Part shown: positions 1 to 14,097 of the stretch, in pieces | Numbering within the stretch: position 1 is the first letter of the stretch | Layout of the letters: the number at the start of each line of letters is the position of its first letter | NCBI GenBank assembly: GCA_951406725.2 | Contig: OX597820.1 | Location: 36,394,001-36,458,000, forward strand | DNA: 64,000 nt | Direction: 5' to 3' | DNA from: Octopus vulgaris | Lineage: Eukaryota | Translations under genes and position numbers: made by a program | Notes under the pieces: generated by a model | Told to the model about the DNA's origin: nothing | Databases searched by the model: none | Seen by the model: the letters and a program-made list of their open reading frames with translations, nothing else

Positions 1-1093
1 ACTCACCCACAACCACTTCTAGGCTTTGTCACTAATTCAGTTTTTTACCAAATTTGATGATGTTTATACATTTTTAAGCTACATTTTCAGCTACAAAATT
101 TGAAATTTAGTTCAGTAGAAAAAAAAGTTGAAATTTCAAACATGTGAGGTCAAAAAGGGGAGAATAACATCTGAAATCGACTTCAGGGATATACAGGCAA
201 CACTGCATACATATTTTTGTAAACACGTGCGCACACATGTGCACATACTCATAAGTAACTTTTAAAACACCCATGAAGGGAAACAAAGGTGAGTGTAATG
301 AATATGTAGCTTTAAGGAGAGAGGGGGTAAGTTGACAACAATTGATGATAAGTGGACTCTTTTCTGCTGTCCATTGTAAATAAACATTCACACATACACA
401 CATACATACATACTTCTTGCAGAAAAATGTTACTGAGGTTTAAAGTTTAATAATTTTTACCTAATCTGAAAACAGGATGTAGAAGCTGGCATTTTCTGCA
501 TGGTAGTTGTCTATCACAAAATGAAAGCAAAATCATTATACAAGGAGGAATTTTTATTAAACAACCAAAAGCAAAGCATGACAAAGACCAAAGTTGTAAG
601 AACTTTTGCAGTCTTATTAAGTTTTTTGTTTGCTTTTAAACTTTAATTCAGTATTAAGAGTAGCAGAATTTAGATTATTATTTCTTAGGGTAAATTGACA
701 AGGTTTTTGCTTTCAGATGGTATGATTGGATTTTCAGAGTAACAGGATTCAGATTTTTTATTTTCAGGCAAGTTGACAAGAACAGTAGCTGAATTGCTGA
801 CTTTATTTTTATATTGCATGAATTTCAACTAACAAACTAAATTTGCCCTAACAAGGGCAGGTGCAAAACTAGCCAATGCATCCCATCACAAAAAATAAAA
901 TATTGATTCTACATTAAAAAAAAAATTAATCTGACAAATAAATCATAAGTAAAATTTATTAGTTAGCATTAATACAGTAGAATTAACCTAATTCATTACT
1001 TCACCTAATTCATCACTTTCAATTTTCTCCTAGGGATGACTAACTAGGCAAATTCTTTTTTTAAAACATTTATTTTATTTCATTTTTAAAATA

Positions 1094-1266
1094 CTGCTTT
1101 TTTCCAAATATAAGCCCATGGGCTTAAATGCAGAGTTAAATAATTTTGCTTAAATGATTTTCTTCTGAAAATAATGAAAATTCTTGGGGTTATACATGAA
1201 AAGAGTTTCAGAATATAAGCCCATAGGCATAAAATTGGATGATCTTATTTTTGGAAAAAAAACCAG
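1094..1266. mobile_element. Tc1/pogo-type MITE
   Basis: TA-flanked imperfect TIRs ctgcttttttccaaatataag ... cttatttttggaaaaaaaaccag; internal repeated aatataagcccat. Confidence 0.6.
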
Positions 1267-2139
1267 TAATGTTTTTAATTTTTGTTTTAATAAAATATAG
1301 TAAATTGTTTAAATGTTATTCTTGGTGGCAATATTTTAAGTACAGTAGAATTTTAATTTTAAGTACTTTTCATTTTCCTTTAGAGGTGATGAATTCGCCC
1401 GATTCTACTGTAGAAATCTTCTTCTGTACTTTTCCAGGTGTAATAACTTAAGAATATTAATATGCATGCACCCACATTTTTCATTGTAATATATGTATAT
1501 ATACTGATATGCACACATATAAGGAAGCAAGCTAACAGAATGATTAGTACATAGGACAAAGTGCTTAGTGGCATTTCTTCTATTTAAATCCTACAAGGGT
1601 TGACTTTGCCTTTCATCCCTTCAAGATTGATACAATGAAATATGGTGGATTGGAGGTGTCAATATAATCAACTTCCACCACCCCTCAAAATTTCTGGCCT
1701 TGAACCCTGCCTTAAATTTCTATTTAGTATTGATTTTTTACATTGGCTCAAGTTTAACCCTTCCTTCCCAAGCCCCACACAAATCTATAACTCCAATTCT
1801 TCTTCCTTGTAATGTCATCTCTCTGAAGTTTTTTTCACATCCATGTTTTTCCTACAAACATCAAGCTTTTTTTATGTTTATTGGAAAGGATCAGGGCTCA
1901 TGGTTTCACAGACCCTCCAAGAAGAGTGAGATCAATGTGGTCAATGTCTCAACTGAAAAGCAGGAGTGAAAGAATTCCAAAAATTCATCATTGTGAGGAG
2001 GAAAGACTTGGTATAGTGGTCAGTGTGGGAAGCCTGAGTGGGTGATGAGTGAGTCAGGTGTACCTAAGCAGAGGTGGTATAAGACCAGCCTGCTTTGAAG
2101 AGGAGTGAGGCCACTTTAGTAATAATAAAAAAAGATAGA

Positions 2140-4070
2140 AGACAGCATGTATGTGGGTCAGAAGTCACTGACCTTCATGCCAATCAGTTGATCAAACTGA
2201 ACATCCACCACATCAATCCCAGAAGCTATGAGTACTGTTCCTACTTTCTGACTGAACTTATTAACCTTTCGTCAATCTCCAGTTTCTGCATCGCCCACCA
2301 GATAAGGGAATGGGGGACCCCGTCAAAGGCTTTCTCCAAGTCTACAAAAGTTAAGTATAGGGGTTTGTCTTTAGCTAGGTATTTCTCCTGCAGTTGTCAA
2401 ACCAGGAATATGGCATCAGTGGTGCTTCTACCCGGTACAAAACCGAACTGCATCTCATCTAAACTGACTCTCTCCCTAATGTAATGGGCTATGACCCTCT
2501 CCATGACCTTCATCACCTGTTCCAGCAGTTTGATACCACTGTAGTTATTTCTGTCTAGAGCATCACCTTTACCCTTGTAGCAGTTGACTTTGTTACTGCT
2601 ATGCCAGTCATTGGGTATGACTCCATTATGAACTACCTGGTTTACAATGCAGGTGACTAGGCCATAGCCTATACCACCAGATGCTTTAAGCATCTCAGCA
2701 GCAATTTGTGATGGGCCTGGGGCTTTTCCTGGCTTCATACCCTTAATTGCTTTATCTACTAGGGAGCTGTCTATTTGGATAGCTGGTCCCTCTACTCCTC
2801 CCATTCATTCTCCACATTCAGCAGTCTTTCATAATGGCTTCTCCAAGCCTCTTTCTTTGCAGAATCATTAAAAGCAAGTGCACCATCATCCATGCGGATG
2901 CATTTCTCTCCTGTGACATCACAATTTTCTCTCACACACTGTCTTGCAATCCAAAATACTTCAGTTCTTTGGTCCTCATGTCACTGGACATTGGCAAACT
3001 TCTTCTTTTCTGCTTCACCCTTGGCTATATCTACATGCAGCCCAGCATCCCTTTTGGCTACCTGGTAAAGTTTCCTGCTTCCCCCAGCTTTCCAGGCCTG
3101 TTTCTTTGCTCTAATGGCTTTGTCTACTGTACTATTCCACCACCATGTAACTCTAGGTCTGGAATGGACTTCGCATCATCCACAGATTTTGTCTGTAGCA
3201 CTCAGCAAGCTGTCCCATAGGAATTTCCAGCTACCTTCTATGTCTGCTATGTCTGATATCTGTAGCTCCTCCTCCCTCTCATCAAATTTCTTGATGAGGA
3301 TGTCCCTAAATCTCTGACCACATGAAGGGTTCTTTAGCTTCCAAATCCTTTTTTGGATTGGTCTGCTTCTTGGTATCCTTCTGACCTGAAGCCTAAGGTC
3401 ACTAATGACTAGCCTATGCTGGGAGGATACATTCTTCATCCAAGAGGGTCTTTGTATTTAAGAGCAACCCTGCATACTGCTGTCTGGTGAGGATGAAATC
3501 AATCTGGCTAGCAGAGTCACCTGATTGATAGGTTATCGGGTGGCTGTCTGATTTCCTGAAGTTAGTGTTGCAGATTAAAAGGTTACATGCATCACAAAAC
3601 TCCAGTAGCCTAGTTCCCTCATCGTTTTGGGAACCAATACTATGGCCCCCATGTACACCAGTGAAGATACCAGATTGCTGCCCAACATGCCCATTAAAAC
3701 CTCCAGCCGCAAAGATGAGGTCATTGCCACTCATCTTTGAGGTAGTCTGTAGAAGGGTATCATAAAAATGATCCTTCTGATCATTTGGTAGGCCCGTTTG
3801 TGGGGCATAGGCAGAGATAATTGTAGCTGTGCTGTTCTGCAGGACTAGCCTGAGCTGAAGCACTCTATTGCATACCCTAGGATTTTATGTACCCATTTCT
3901 CCGCAAGGAGTATGCCTACACCCCCCACTCCATCCATGTTACCTTGCCAGAAGATTTTATACTTATGTGCCTTGCCTATGAGGACTCTAGATGAAGCTCC
4001 TCTCCATCTTACCTCTTGTATGCAGCAGCATACATCGACACATCTCCTTTCAAGCATCTCTACAATCTCA
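2140..4070 (-). mobile_element. Degenerate RTE-clade LINE (APE endonuclease plus N-terminal RT)
   Basis: Frameshifted ORFs: CIQEVRWRG, GVGILL, SAYAPQ, GFNGHVG, SQIDFIL (APE); KAPGP, QFGFVPGRSTTDAIF (RT). Confidence 0.92.
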
Positions 4071-4597
4071 CTATATATATATATATATATTAAACTGTTT
4101 AGATATCAGATCTTAAGCTTACCCATATCATTATCATTATCCTCATTTAACATCTGTTTCCCATGCTTGTGTGGATTGGATGGTTTGACAAGATTCTATG
4201 AACTGCAGACTGCATCAAGCTCTGCTATCAGCTTTGGCTTGGTTTCTATTTCAACCACTTTACAGTATGTACAAGATGCTTTTCTATGATGATACCTGCA
4301 TGAGAGAGATCCTGGCAACCTTTCTTATGCTGATGATGGGTTTCTTTCAGTTTCTGTCTATCAAATGCATGAACAAGGCTTTGGTCAGCCTGAGGCTATA
4401 ATAAAAGATATTTACACAAGGTTCTACATAGTGGAACTGAACCTGAAATCATGTGAGTGTGAAACAAAGTTCTAAATCAAATAACCATCCCCATACCTAC
4501 AAGTGTAGGCATAAGTTTTAAGATAATGTACGCATAAATATCGGTGAAACTGGCCACTGGCACAAGAGCACAAGGACAATTTTATTTTCATTTCTAG

Positions 4598-4920
4598 GAC
4601 ATCTGCAAGAGAGATATGAAGTCAATAGATCTGGACATCTTGAGATGGGAGGCAGTTGCAAATGATTTCCCCATACTGCAGAGAAGTACTATGCAAGGGG
4701 AAGAGAAACTGGAACTTGTCACCAAAGAATAGTGTACTTGAAGAAAGGAAAAGTCAGTAATGTCAGTGGAGAGCTTTTTCAAATGCAATCGTTGCATGAA
4801 AGTCTGCCACTCCCATGTGGGCCTTACAGTCACAGCAGACACTGTACCACCATCAACAGCTGACACAAAATTCTCCAGGTGCATATCCCTGGTCTTTCAA
4901 GACTGATGGATGCCTATCTA
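4598..4920 (+). mobile_element. 3' end of an RTE/RTE-X-type LINE with C-terminal zinc finger
   Basis: DICKRDMKSIDLDILRWEAVAND...FKCNRCMKVCHSHVGL.SHSRHC, interrupted by stops and a frameshift; ends gactgatggatgccta. Confidence 0.75.
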
Positions 4921-5722
4921 CAGGTATGAATATTGTAAATATGTACGCTGAAGGTAAGGGAAATAGTTCAGAAAATTAAAAATTTATTAACAACTCATCT
5001 TGGATATTCAGCTTTATAAAATACATGTGAGTTATAAAATTTTACATTTGTTTTTCAATGCTCACATGAGGAGGATGTGTAAAAATGATAGTAAGACATT
5101 GTTCAACAGCTGTATACCCTTCTATTCATAACCCTTAAATGTTTTTTCTGCAAAATTTCAGCATAATATCACCAAATATTTTTTTGCTCAAACAGCTTCA
5201 TGCAAAGGCAACTAAACCAGGAGATAGAGAACTCTAACAGAAAAGCCTGAGGTATGTTGTTCCTTTAGTTTGTGACAAATAAGTTTCACCTATCTAGTGA
5301 CAGCATTTCCAAAAAGTGTGGCTAGTCCTACACAAACCTTCATCATTGGAAAACAAATCACCTATATACACATATACAAATGTACATACGTATGAATGGA
5401 TGAATGATTTTTATTAGAGTTTTATGTAAGTTCTTGAGAGTTCAAGCTGGTTGTTATATGTATGTATTGAATTCTCTCAATTTCAATTTATGAAGGTCTG
5501 ATGGCCTAGCTGTTAGACAACCCACACATTTTGGAAATGCTGATAATAGGTAGTTGGTGCAAATGTTTGCCACAAACTCAATGATCAGCATGACTGAAGC
5601 TTTTCTATAAGAGTTCTCCATCTCCTGAGTTAGTTGTTTTTCCACAGCTTAAAATCCAGTCCACCCTAGTAGGCTTACTTGCACCTTGGCATCAAACTGG
5701 GAATTTCTAAGTCCTCGCATTT

Positions 5723-6892
5723 ATGTCATCATCATCATTTAACGTCTGTTTTCCATACTGGCATGGGTTGGACAGTTCGACTGGGGTCTGGGAAGCCAGG
5801 AGGCTGCACCAGGCTCCAGTCTGTGCCCTTCCTAATGCCAACCACTCTGTAAGCGTAGTGGGTGCTTTTTACATGCCACCAGCACGGAAGCCAGTCAAGA
5901 CGGCGTTGGTATTGGCCACATTCGGATGATGCTTTTTATGTGCCACCAGCACGGGTATTACAATTACAATTTCCATTTGATTTTCATTTTGATGCTGATG
6001 TACTTGACTCAATAGGTCTCCTCAAGCACAGCAGGTCGCCCTACGATCCAAGGTACTTTTGAATGGGATATGGCTGGTTATGAGAAACTGGTGTAGGATA
6101 CAGCTGTGAACTCACTTTATTTGCTGGGTCTTTGCAGTCACAGCATATCTCCAGAGGTCTCGGTCTTTTGTCATTGCCTCTGTGAGGCCCAACGTTCGAA
6201 GGTCATGCTTCACCACCTCATCCCATGTCTTCCTGGGTCTCCCTCTACCCCGTTCTGGGAAGCCAGGAGGCTACACCAGGCTTCAGTCTGATCTAGCAGT
6301 GTTTTGTAGAAACATTATTATCATAATCGTTTAACGTCCATTTTCCATGCTGGCATGGGTTGGACGGTTCGACTGGGGTCTAGGAAGCCAGGAGGCTGCA
6401 CCAAGCCCCAATCTGATATGGAAGTGTTTCTACAGTTGGATGCCCTTCCTAACACCAACTACTCCGAGAGTGTAGTGGGTGCTTTTTACGTGCTACTGGC
6501 AGAAGGAGTCAGAGGAGCTGGCATCGACCACACCCAGATAGTGCTTTTTATGTGCCACTGGCACGGAAGCCAGTCAAGGCGGCACTGGCATTGGTCACGT
6601 TTGGATGGTGCTTTTTACATGCTACCGGCACAGGGCTCACAACTACAATTTCCATTTGATTTGATTTTGATATTGCTGATGATGTACTTGACTCAATAGG
6701 TCTCCTAAAGCACGGCATGTCGCCCTACGAGCCAAAGTACTTTTGAGTTGGCTGGTTATGCAACACTGGTGCAGACTCACTTTATTTGCCAGGTCTTCTC
6801 AGTCCCAGCATACCTCCAGAGATTTTGGTCTCTTGTCATTGCCTCTGTGAGGCCCAACATTCGAAGGTCATGCTTCACCACCTTATCCCAGG
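5723..6892 (-). mobile_element. Two tandem 5'-truncated RTE LINE 3' ends
   Basis: Each copy (~5723-6252, ~6320-6892) carries the ORF C-terminus (copy 1: GRPRKTWDEVVKHDLRTLGLTEAMTKDRDLWRYAV), a 3'UTR and a (TGA)n-type tail. Confidence 0.85.
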
Positions 6893-7419
6893 TGTATAGA
6901 TATATATATTGTGTGTGCATACATATATGTGTACCATACTACATATGTAAAGGAGGATGACATTAGATCTTCAACATTCATGGCCCACATCATGCTACTA
7001 TACTTCATACACAAGTGTCGGGCAAACTATCCTTCAGTTTGAGAGAGAATTCTTCTGTTGTTTGCAGAGGTAATAGTTCCCTGAACTTTTTCCAATCAGC
7101 TCTTACACTTTACTGTAGCCTCTATCTATCTTTTGATACACCCACCTCAATCATAGCTTCTTACATCGTCAAGCAGCCATAGCTATCAATTATTGCTAGT
7201 GAACCTTCTTAATATTAATTATTCCTGTGCGTATGTTATATACAAAGTTCCCCTTCTTTGGCAGTTTGCCCGCATGAGTTCATAATTTATACAAGTTGTA
7301 GTGAAGGAGATTTCTACCAATTCCTTTCTTGTATTTCAACCATGGTCATTTCTCAAATAAAGGCAGGGTCGTGTTTTCTTTCCTACTTACTAAAACTTTA
7401 GGTTGTTAAATTTTCTTTT

Positions 7420-7685
7420 GAAACCTTCCGGTTCTTTGCGTATACAGTATCAAAATATACACGTAACAGTATAATCTATATGCATAGACTAACTCTAGTC
7501 TCACAACTTCTAATATTATCGTGATATTAACTTTCATATTGACATAACACTCCTAGTAATGCCAGAAATTAAATATATGTAAGCAGTAGTCATCTCCCTT
7601 GTTTCCAAGATCCGCATCGTGGCGTTAGCGTATTGGACGAGATTTAAGTGAAGTCACACGAGATATTAAATGACAGAGTGACAAT
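7420..7685 (+). promoter_or_regulatory. Probable HM13 promoter/5'UTR region
   Basis: Unique sequence with visibly more CpG than the flanks, directly upstream of the ATG; ETS-like TTCCGG at ~7426; TSS cannot be determined. Confidence 0.45.
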
Positions 7686-7892
7686 ATGGCAGATACAACA
7701 TCTGAAACAGCGTCAGTCCTTAATGCAACAAGTGCGGACAATGCAGCCACATCTGGTGCTACTAATGCCACCATGCGTGTACCTGCAACACCTGAGGGAA
7801 TGGTGGTGGCTTACAGTAGTCTAGTTATCATGGCATTACTACCAATCTTTATCGGTTCCTTTCGCTCCGTGAAGCACCATAAGGAACAGAAG
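7686..7892 (+). CDS. HM13: Signal peptide peptidase (minor histocompatibility antigen H13), coding exon 1
   Basis: ATG at 7686; MADTT...TPEGMVVAYSSLVIMALLPIFIGSFRSVKHHKEQK matches the SPP N-terminal TM1; donor AAG|gtacgt, 207 nt, phase 0; N-x-T sequons in the N-tail. Confidence 0.95.
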
Positions 7893-10800
7893 GTACGTTC
7901 CGTTAAACTACTCAATTTTTTCCTGTCCCATTCTTTTTCCGTTTTGAAATTGGGTTTTCTTTCTCTCTTTATTTTTTCTTCTGACCGAGACATTCCATTA
8001 CCTATGTATGTTCGTTCTTTATCCAAGAAAATAATAATCGGCTTATTGTACTTCTGCTGTTTCGCCTCCAAACTGTACCAAGAACCCCCCAGCAAGCTTG
8101 CCGGTTGCTGTCCAGATGGCAACCACGTCTGAACGGTCCTTGCTTTATACACGATTTCTTAGCCACACCACTTCGAAAATGTATTAGATATGAATCGAGA
8201 TTGTGTAACGTTCATGCTTTTCTTAAAAGATGTCTTCGCGTTCCACACAGTTGAAGAATTAGGGAATATTTTGCAGCTACTCTTTCTTCATTATATATTT
8301 CCCCGTTTAAACAAATGTTGTGTAAAATTACTCCCCATTAATGTTACAAATATGTCTGTTGTATACTGCGGATGTGGAACCAGCTGCACTGAACTTGATT
8401 AGCGTGTAAAGATCGCTTTATGAAATAAATGGCGTATTTTTACTATATTGGTTTGATATTGAGTGAGGTAAAAAAAAAAAAAAAGAAAAAGAAAGTATGA
8501 AATATCTTTAAAAATCACAGAATACTTTAGTAGCACACATTGAACATACGTGTGCGCGTGTAGACGGATACGGACATCAGCGATTTATTTATTTATTTAA
8601 TTCTTCCATTCAGACGAAAGGAAGAATAATACGAAATGGTTATTATAGTCAATCGATCTTTGAAAGATATCTCATTGATCGATTATTCTTCACTCCATCT
8701 AAAAATTGGGGTATGAAACGACCAATTTGTTCTAGATTGATGTTCGAACTGTCACCCGTATGTAGATGTCTAGATTTACGTACATATGACATATTACTAC
8801 CATTTTCCCCCCATTGTTTTCATTCCGCGATGTCATTACTTGCACAGTGTCTGTTTCTGTAGTGTATGCATGTGTTCGTACAGAAAATTCCATATTTGTG
8901 TAAATACTGAACTAATTAAGTGGTTAATATAAAGCGTTACGCCTATTAAGTCATCTGAAGTGAAATGGCAAGTAATAAAACTACTACCGACACAACTATG
9001 CTGGATTTAATAAGAATCATACAGGAACAAGGAAAGAAATTGGTTACATTTAGTTTTTTCAAAAAAACCCACTTTACTTATTTCTGTAAACTATAAATGA
9101 ATTCGATAGAACGTCCATCTCTCTCTGAGTAGCTTATTTTTGTTCTGCCCATACTAGAGCATTGTTCCTATCTCACTACGATTTTTATTTATTAATTTAC
9201 CATTAAAAGTACAACAATAGATTTGATTTACTGTTAAATGTTATATTTATATATACGCATGTAGCGGAACTAATACCTTTCTAGTCACATAAAGTAACAG
9301 CTGTTTAAGACTTCAATACAAAAACTCAACATATTTTTCATTTTAGTTTCTTTTTTTAAACAAAGGCATGCGTATCAATGAATCTCATTTTCTCTCTTCT
9401 AAGCTCTTGAGGCTTTGGTGTTAGATGCCATTTTTTTAAAAAGAACTCACATAACCAGTATTTTTCACACTCCGCCCCCTCCCTATTTCCAAACAAGAAA
9501 CTACCGAGTTCTAATTCTGATTGAGTTCAAACCGCACGAAGATCCCTTTGAAGTCGATAAAATTAAATATAAATAATACGTGGTCGACTATGTCGGAACT
9601 TGATCTAAAACGTTTTGTACATCGACGAGAGTTTAGTGGAGTCTCATAGTAGGATCCCGAAAGATCGCCAGTTAGGCTTTTGACAAAAAGTTTATGGGGA
9701 TTAATGTACTGGATTATCAAAAAATAAACATGAACGCTATAAGAACCAATTTTTCCTTGTCCCTGAAACTCTGAAGCGCTATAGCAATTGCTATTTGTGT
9801 TCTATGAATTGTGTTCGCATTTTGCGAAATAGATCCCCATCTTCAGTTCTTAAGAATTACAAGTTCGATATATCGACTGTCATTGGCATGATTTTTAACT
9901 ATAATCCCCATATTAAAAAAGAAAAAGAAATTACTCATAAATATTTTGATACATGTACATTTGTCTTGTATGAGTGAAACATGCTTAACTATTTCTTCCG
10001 GCTCTACGTTCTGAGTACAAAAACCGCCAAGGTTAACTTTGCGTTTCATCTTTCTGAGATTGATGAAATATACCAGTGAAATATTGGGATCGAGTTAAGC
10101 GACAAGACACGTCACTCAGATTTCTGGCCTTGTGCCTATATTAGAAACTATAATTATTCTTCCCATATTGTGTGTGTATGTATATATAGTACAGTTCCTG
10201 TTATCTTCTATATTACACACGTGGAACTGTTCCCATGTATTTTCCATACTGTACATATATATTAGCATACGGCTTTTTAAATAATTGAAAAAGCGATGTT
10301 ATTATTTTGCTTCCTTTTGACACATTGTCTTTCTCCGATGTGAGACTATATTAAAAGAACAAATTATAGTGCACTATTATGTTCTAACTTGATTAAACTC
10401 GCTAATAGTTTTTGGAAGAAGGAGGAATCTTCTAACTCTTCGGCCTATACTTTATCATTATATCTTATATTAATTTACCTGGGGATTAGGAGTGGGGGGA
10501 ATTATGTTCCACCCCATCCCACTTTTTTGTTGAACCGACTAAATTCAAGGCGTGTGAGAACCAACTTGCAGATATTTATTTATCATTCTACGCCCCCCCC
10601 CCCGTCCACCGTTTGCTTTGTGTCAGTTGTTGGTTGGTTGCTTATCTTCAACAGTTCGTGCTCTCGTCAGATTATCTAACAAAAAATTTCTGACTCCTAT
10701 AAACTTATAAGAACTATTGAATGGTCGACTCGTTTCGAGAACATCGTTATGGTTTTCTTTCATTTAACAATAAAAATTCATTTATTTCTTCTTTTGACAC

Positions 10801-11498
10801 AAAAACATCACATTTTTAGAGATGACGAAAGTGAAAGCTGAGTGGCCATGCTTTCTTTATCTTTGACGTTAATAAAACGAAATGGTTTCTAGTGGCAACA
10901 CGGTGACTATTACAACAATGATGGGAGATACGATTTCCTGTCCCCATCCATTATTAAATCTTTTAAAATTGATATTTGACAGATAATCGCTTCAACTGTC
11001 TTAAATTCTTGAAGATGGGTCGTGTAAAAGCTAATTTAGTTTTAACATATTTAACGGGGAAGCAATAATTTATACTATTGGACCAATAGTAGTTTTATTA
11101 CTATGACATACCATTATACAGTGGCTAATTTTTGTTTTCTTTTTCCCCACAAACATCTGCAACTACTTCGAACTTGTTCCAGTCTTATTCTAACCCCATC
11201 AGCGGAACAGTTATTCATTTCCTAAGAGTAATTAATAATGAATAAACTACTAAGTAAATGTCAGTATCGTGACAATTCTGTTGTTCAATGTTCTGATTCA
11301 TTTCTAAATGTTCAAATTAGTCCAGTTCTCATTTTCAGTTGATTGTTATAAATTTGCAACATTTCACTGCATGCAAACCTGTTAAATCCTAGTTCTAACC
11401 TGGCTAATTGACCTGTAAGTAGTCTGTGTGTGATTTTCTTTTTCTTCCTCTATTTAATTTGATTTGAGCATTTCTTTTTAAATTAGATTTCATTTCAG

Positions 11499-11597
11499 AA
11501 ATCTGGTGAGAAACCTGAGACCATGTCGTCTAAAGATGCTGCCATGTTTCCTATTATTGCCAGTTGTGCATTGTTTGGTATATATATGATTTTTAAG
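11499..11597 (+). CDS. HM13: HM13/SPP exon 2
   Basis: tttcag| KSGEKPETMSSKDAAMFPIIASCALFGIYMIFK |gtacat; 99 nt, phase 0-0. Confidence 0.95.
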
Positions 11598-11630
11598 GTA
11601 CATAACCTCTTTCACTTGTGTGTGTGTAAT

Positions 11631-11848
11631 TTAACTCTTTTAGTGTTTAAGCAGGCCATATTAAGCCAAAATATCTTGTGTATCATGTTTAAGTTATCCA
11701 GCTCTGACTTCTCACACCAACACTACAACGTCATTCTAAAAATAAAAAGTTACTTTAAAATTTCGAAGCTGAGCTGATGCTTAATTAACAACAATGGTAA
11801 TAAATAAACATTACATTTGATGGAGTAATATTGCTACTAAAAGGTTAA
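11631..11848. mobile_element. TTAA-flanked (piggyBac-like) MITE
   Basis: ttaactcttttag ... ctaaaaggttaa termini; a related copy in opposite orientation lies at ~59685-59900. Confidence 0.6.
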
Positions 11849-13711
11849 TGTCCACATCGTTTTCACATTCACCTTTTCAAAATTTGCATGGATTAGACCA
11901 AATTTACTGACAGATATTTCGACTGTTCAATTGGATGCCCTTAATATTACCTGCTCTTAACTGTTTCCAAGCAAGTTAATATTTCCTCATGGCCAAACAT
12001 GTTGTACATGGAAGATGGGAAGCAAACAGCATCACTTGTATGTTGGTGATGCTTATTTATGACCATCACTTGTCAAGACAAATATATATGAACGGCTTCT
12101 TTCATGCCTCCTTTACAAGTTTTTGGTATTGCATTCAGTGTAAGAACTCAATATTTCCTTCTTTTTATTATAAATTGTGACTGATTTATTAATGTGTAAA
12201 TAGATTCATTGTTATAATACAGTCTTTTTTACTGCTAATGTTTGTTTTTACATTTTCTTATTAATTCTTAATTAGGATATTTTAAAAATAAATTTAAGGT
12301 TTGCCATGAAGATGTCTGCATTTTAAGCAGACAACCATGATGACATTATTTTAAGAGAAACTATTTTATATTTTGAGGAATTATTTTTGGTTGTGCTTCA
12401 GTGACAAATTCATATATTGCGTGTTTGTGTATCATCATCGTTTAATGTCCGCCTTCCATGCTGGCGTGGGTGGGATGGTGTGATAGGAGCTGGTTAGGTA
12501 GAGGCCTGCAGCAGACTACTGTGACTTTTGGTGAGATTTTTACAGCTGGATGTCCTTCCGAACACCAACCACTCGGCATAGTGGACTTGGTGGTTTTTTT
12601 CTATTTGGCACAAACACAGACAAGGTTTTTACAGCTGGATGCCCTTCCAAATGCCAACTACTTTACAGTATGAACTGGATGCTTTTTAAGTGGCACCTGC
12701 ACTGATAGCCATCAAGTAACCTGCAAAACAAAAATCGTTTGAGAGAGACGGGGGCATTGGAGGAGGTGATCTTGCGTCAGATGATGAAAGGTTGTAGTGA
12801 GACAGACACACAAATAGGTGTCTTGCTGTAGAGCAAGTATAAAGTTACCTGGATAGAGAGAGAAGCATGAGAAATGAGGACAAACAGGTGTGCTGCTGTA
12901 AAAGAGATTTTTTGGTTACCCAACCTGCAGGAAAAGGAGAGAGAGAGGTGGGAGAACATTAGGATAGAGATGGTGGCAAAGTGCCAGGCATACTCTGAAG
13001 GGACAGGGATCAGAATATAAATGGGATGGTCAAGTAAAGGCGGAGAGAAATATAGATGGTGGCAAATGCCAAGGCCTACCCTTGAGGTTTGAAGGTCATA
13101 TGTGGCAGGATATTGCCAAAGAAGTGTGATTAGAGAGTGGTGAAGACCTGGGTATATAGGGGGTGGGGGCGCTACAGGATAGCAATGATACAGAGAAGCA
13201 GGGCCATGAGGACAGGATTGGGGAGTGAGATGTAGGCATAGTGCATGAAGGAGGAAATGTGAGAAAGATATGTAGATGAATTTGTCGGGGTAGGGTGTGT
13301 GAAAAGTTTTAAGTGTGGGTGGAACATACAGATCGGTGGGGGGCAGTTAGTATATAGCAATGATACAGTGAGACAGGTCCAAGAGGAGAGGATGGGGAGT
13401 GGGAGGTAAGCATGAAGTGGGAATGTGAGGAAGAGAAGAGATGTAGTTTGGTTTGTTGTGGTAGGGTTTGTGAGAAGTTTTGTTATTAATCCAAACAGGT
13501 GGAGAATAGAAGAAATGAAGTTGAAAATGCACTGAGAATGTTATAGAATTAATTAGAATTTAATTATATTTTAAAATATAAGAATTCACTTGACCAGTTT
13601 CACATTAGAAGAGTTATAATTATCTATTTCATCAAGTGTATTCCTATATTTTAAGGTATAACTAAATTATAAATTAATTCTAATATATTCTCTGAATTTT
13701 CAACCTTCATT

Positions 13712-13758
<47 letters not shown>

Positions 13759-13761
13759 TCA

Positions 13762-14097
13762 TTTTTCATTGAACCATGGCCATGCTGGAGCACTGCCTTG
13801 AAAGGATTTAGCCAAATGAATCATCCCCAGTACTTATTCTGTCAGTCTTTTTTACTGAACTGCTAAGTTAGTGTTGTAAACAAACTGGCACCAATCAAGT
13901 GATGGTGGAGGACAGACACTAGCCCAACGACACATATGTACACATATACAACAGGCTTCTTTCAGTTTCCATCTACCAAATTCACTCACAAGACTTTGGT
14001 TGTCCTGGCGCTATAATAGAAGATATTTGCCCAAGATGCTATGCAGTGGGACTGAACCCAGAACCATGTATTGGGAAGCAAATATATATTACCATAC
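13762..14097 (-). mobile_element. tRNA-derived SINE (family A)
   Basis: Reverse complement of the family seen at 32535 (ggttcagtcccactgc B box, ggaaactgaaagaagcc core). Confidence 0.8.

Noticed and set aside
4598-4923. Exon-like segment bounded by tttctag and cag|gtatg
   Set aside because: Translates as a stop-interrupted LINE C-terminal zinc finger, not a host exon
7893-8132. C-terminal half of the 148-aa ORF at 7686
   Set aside because: Intron read-through after the AAG|gtacgt donor; SPP homology resumes at 11499
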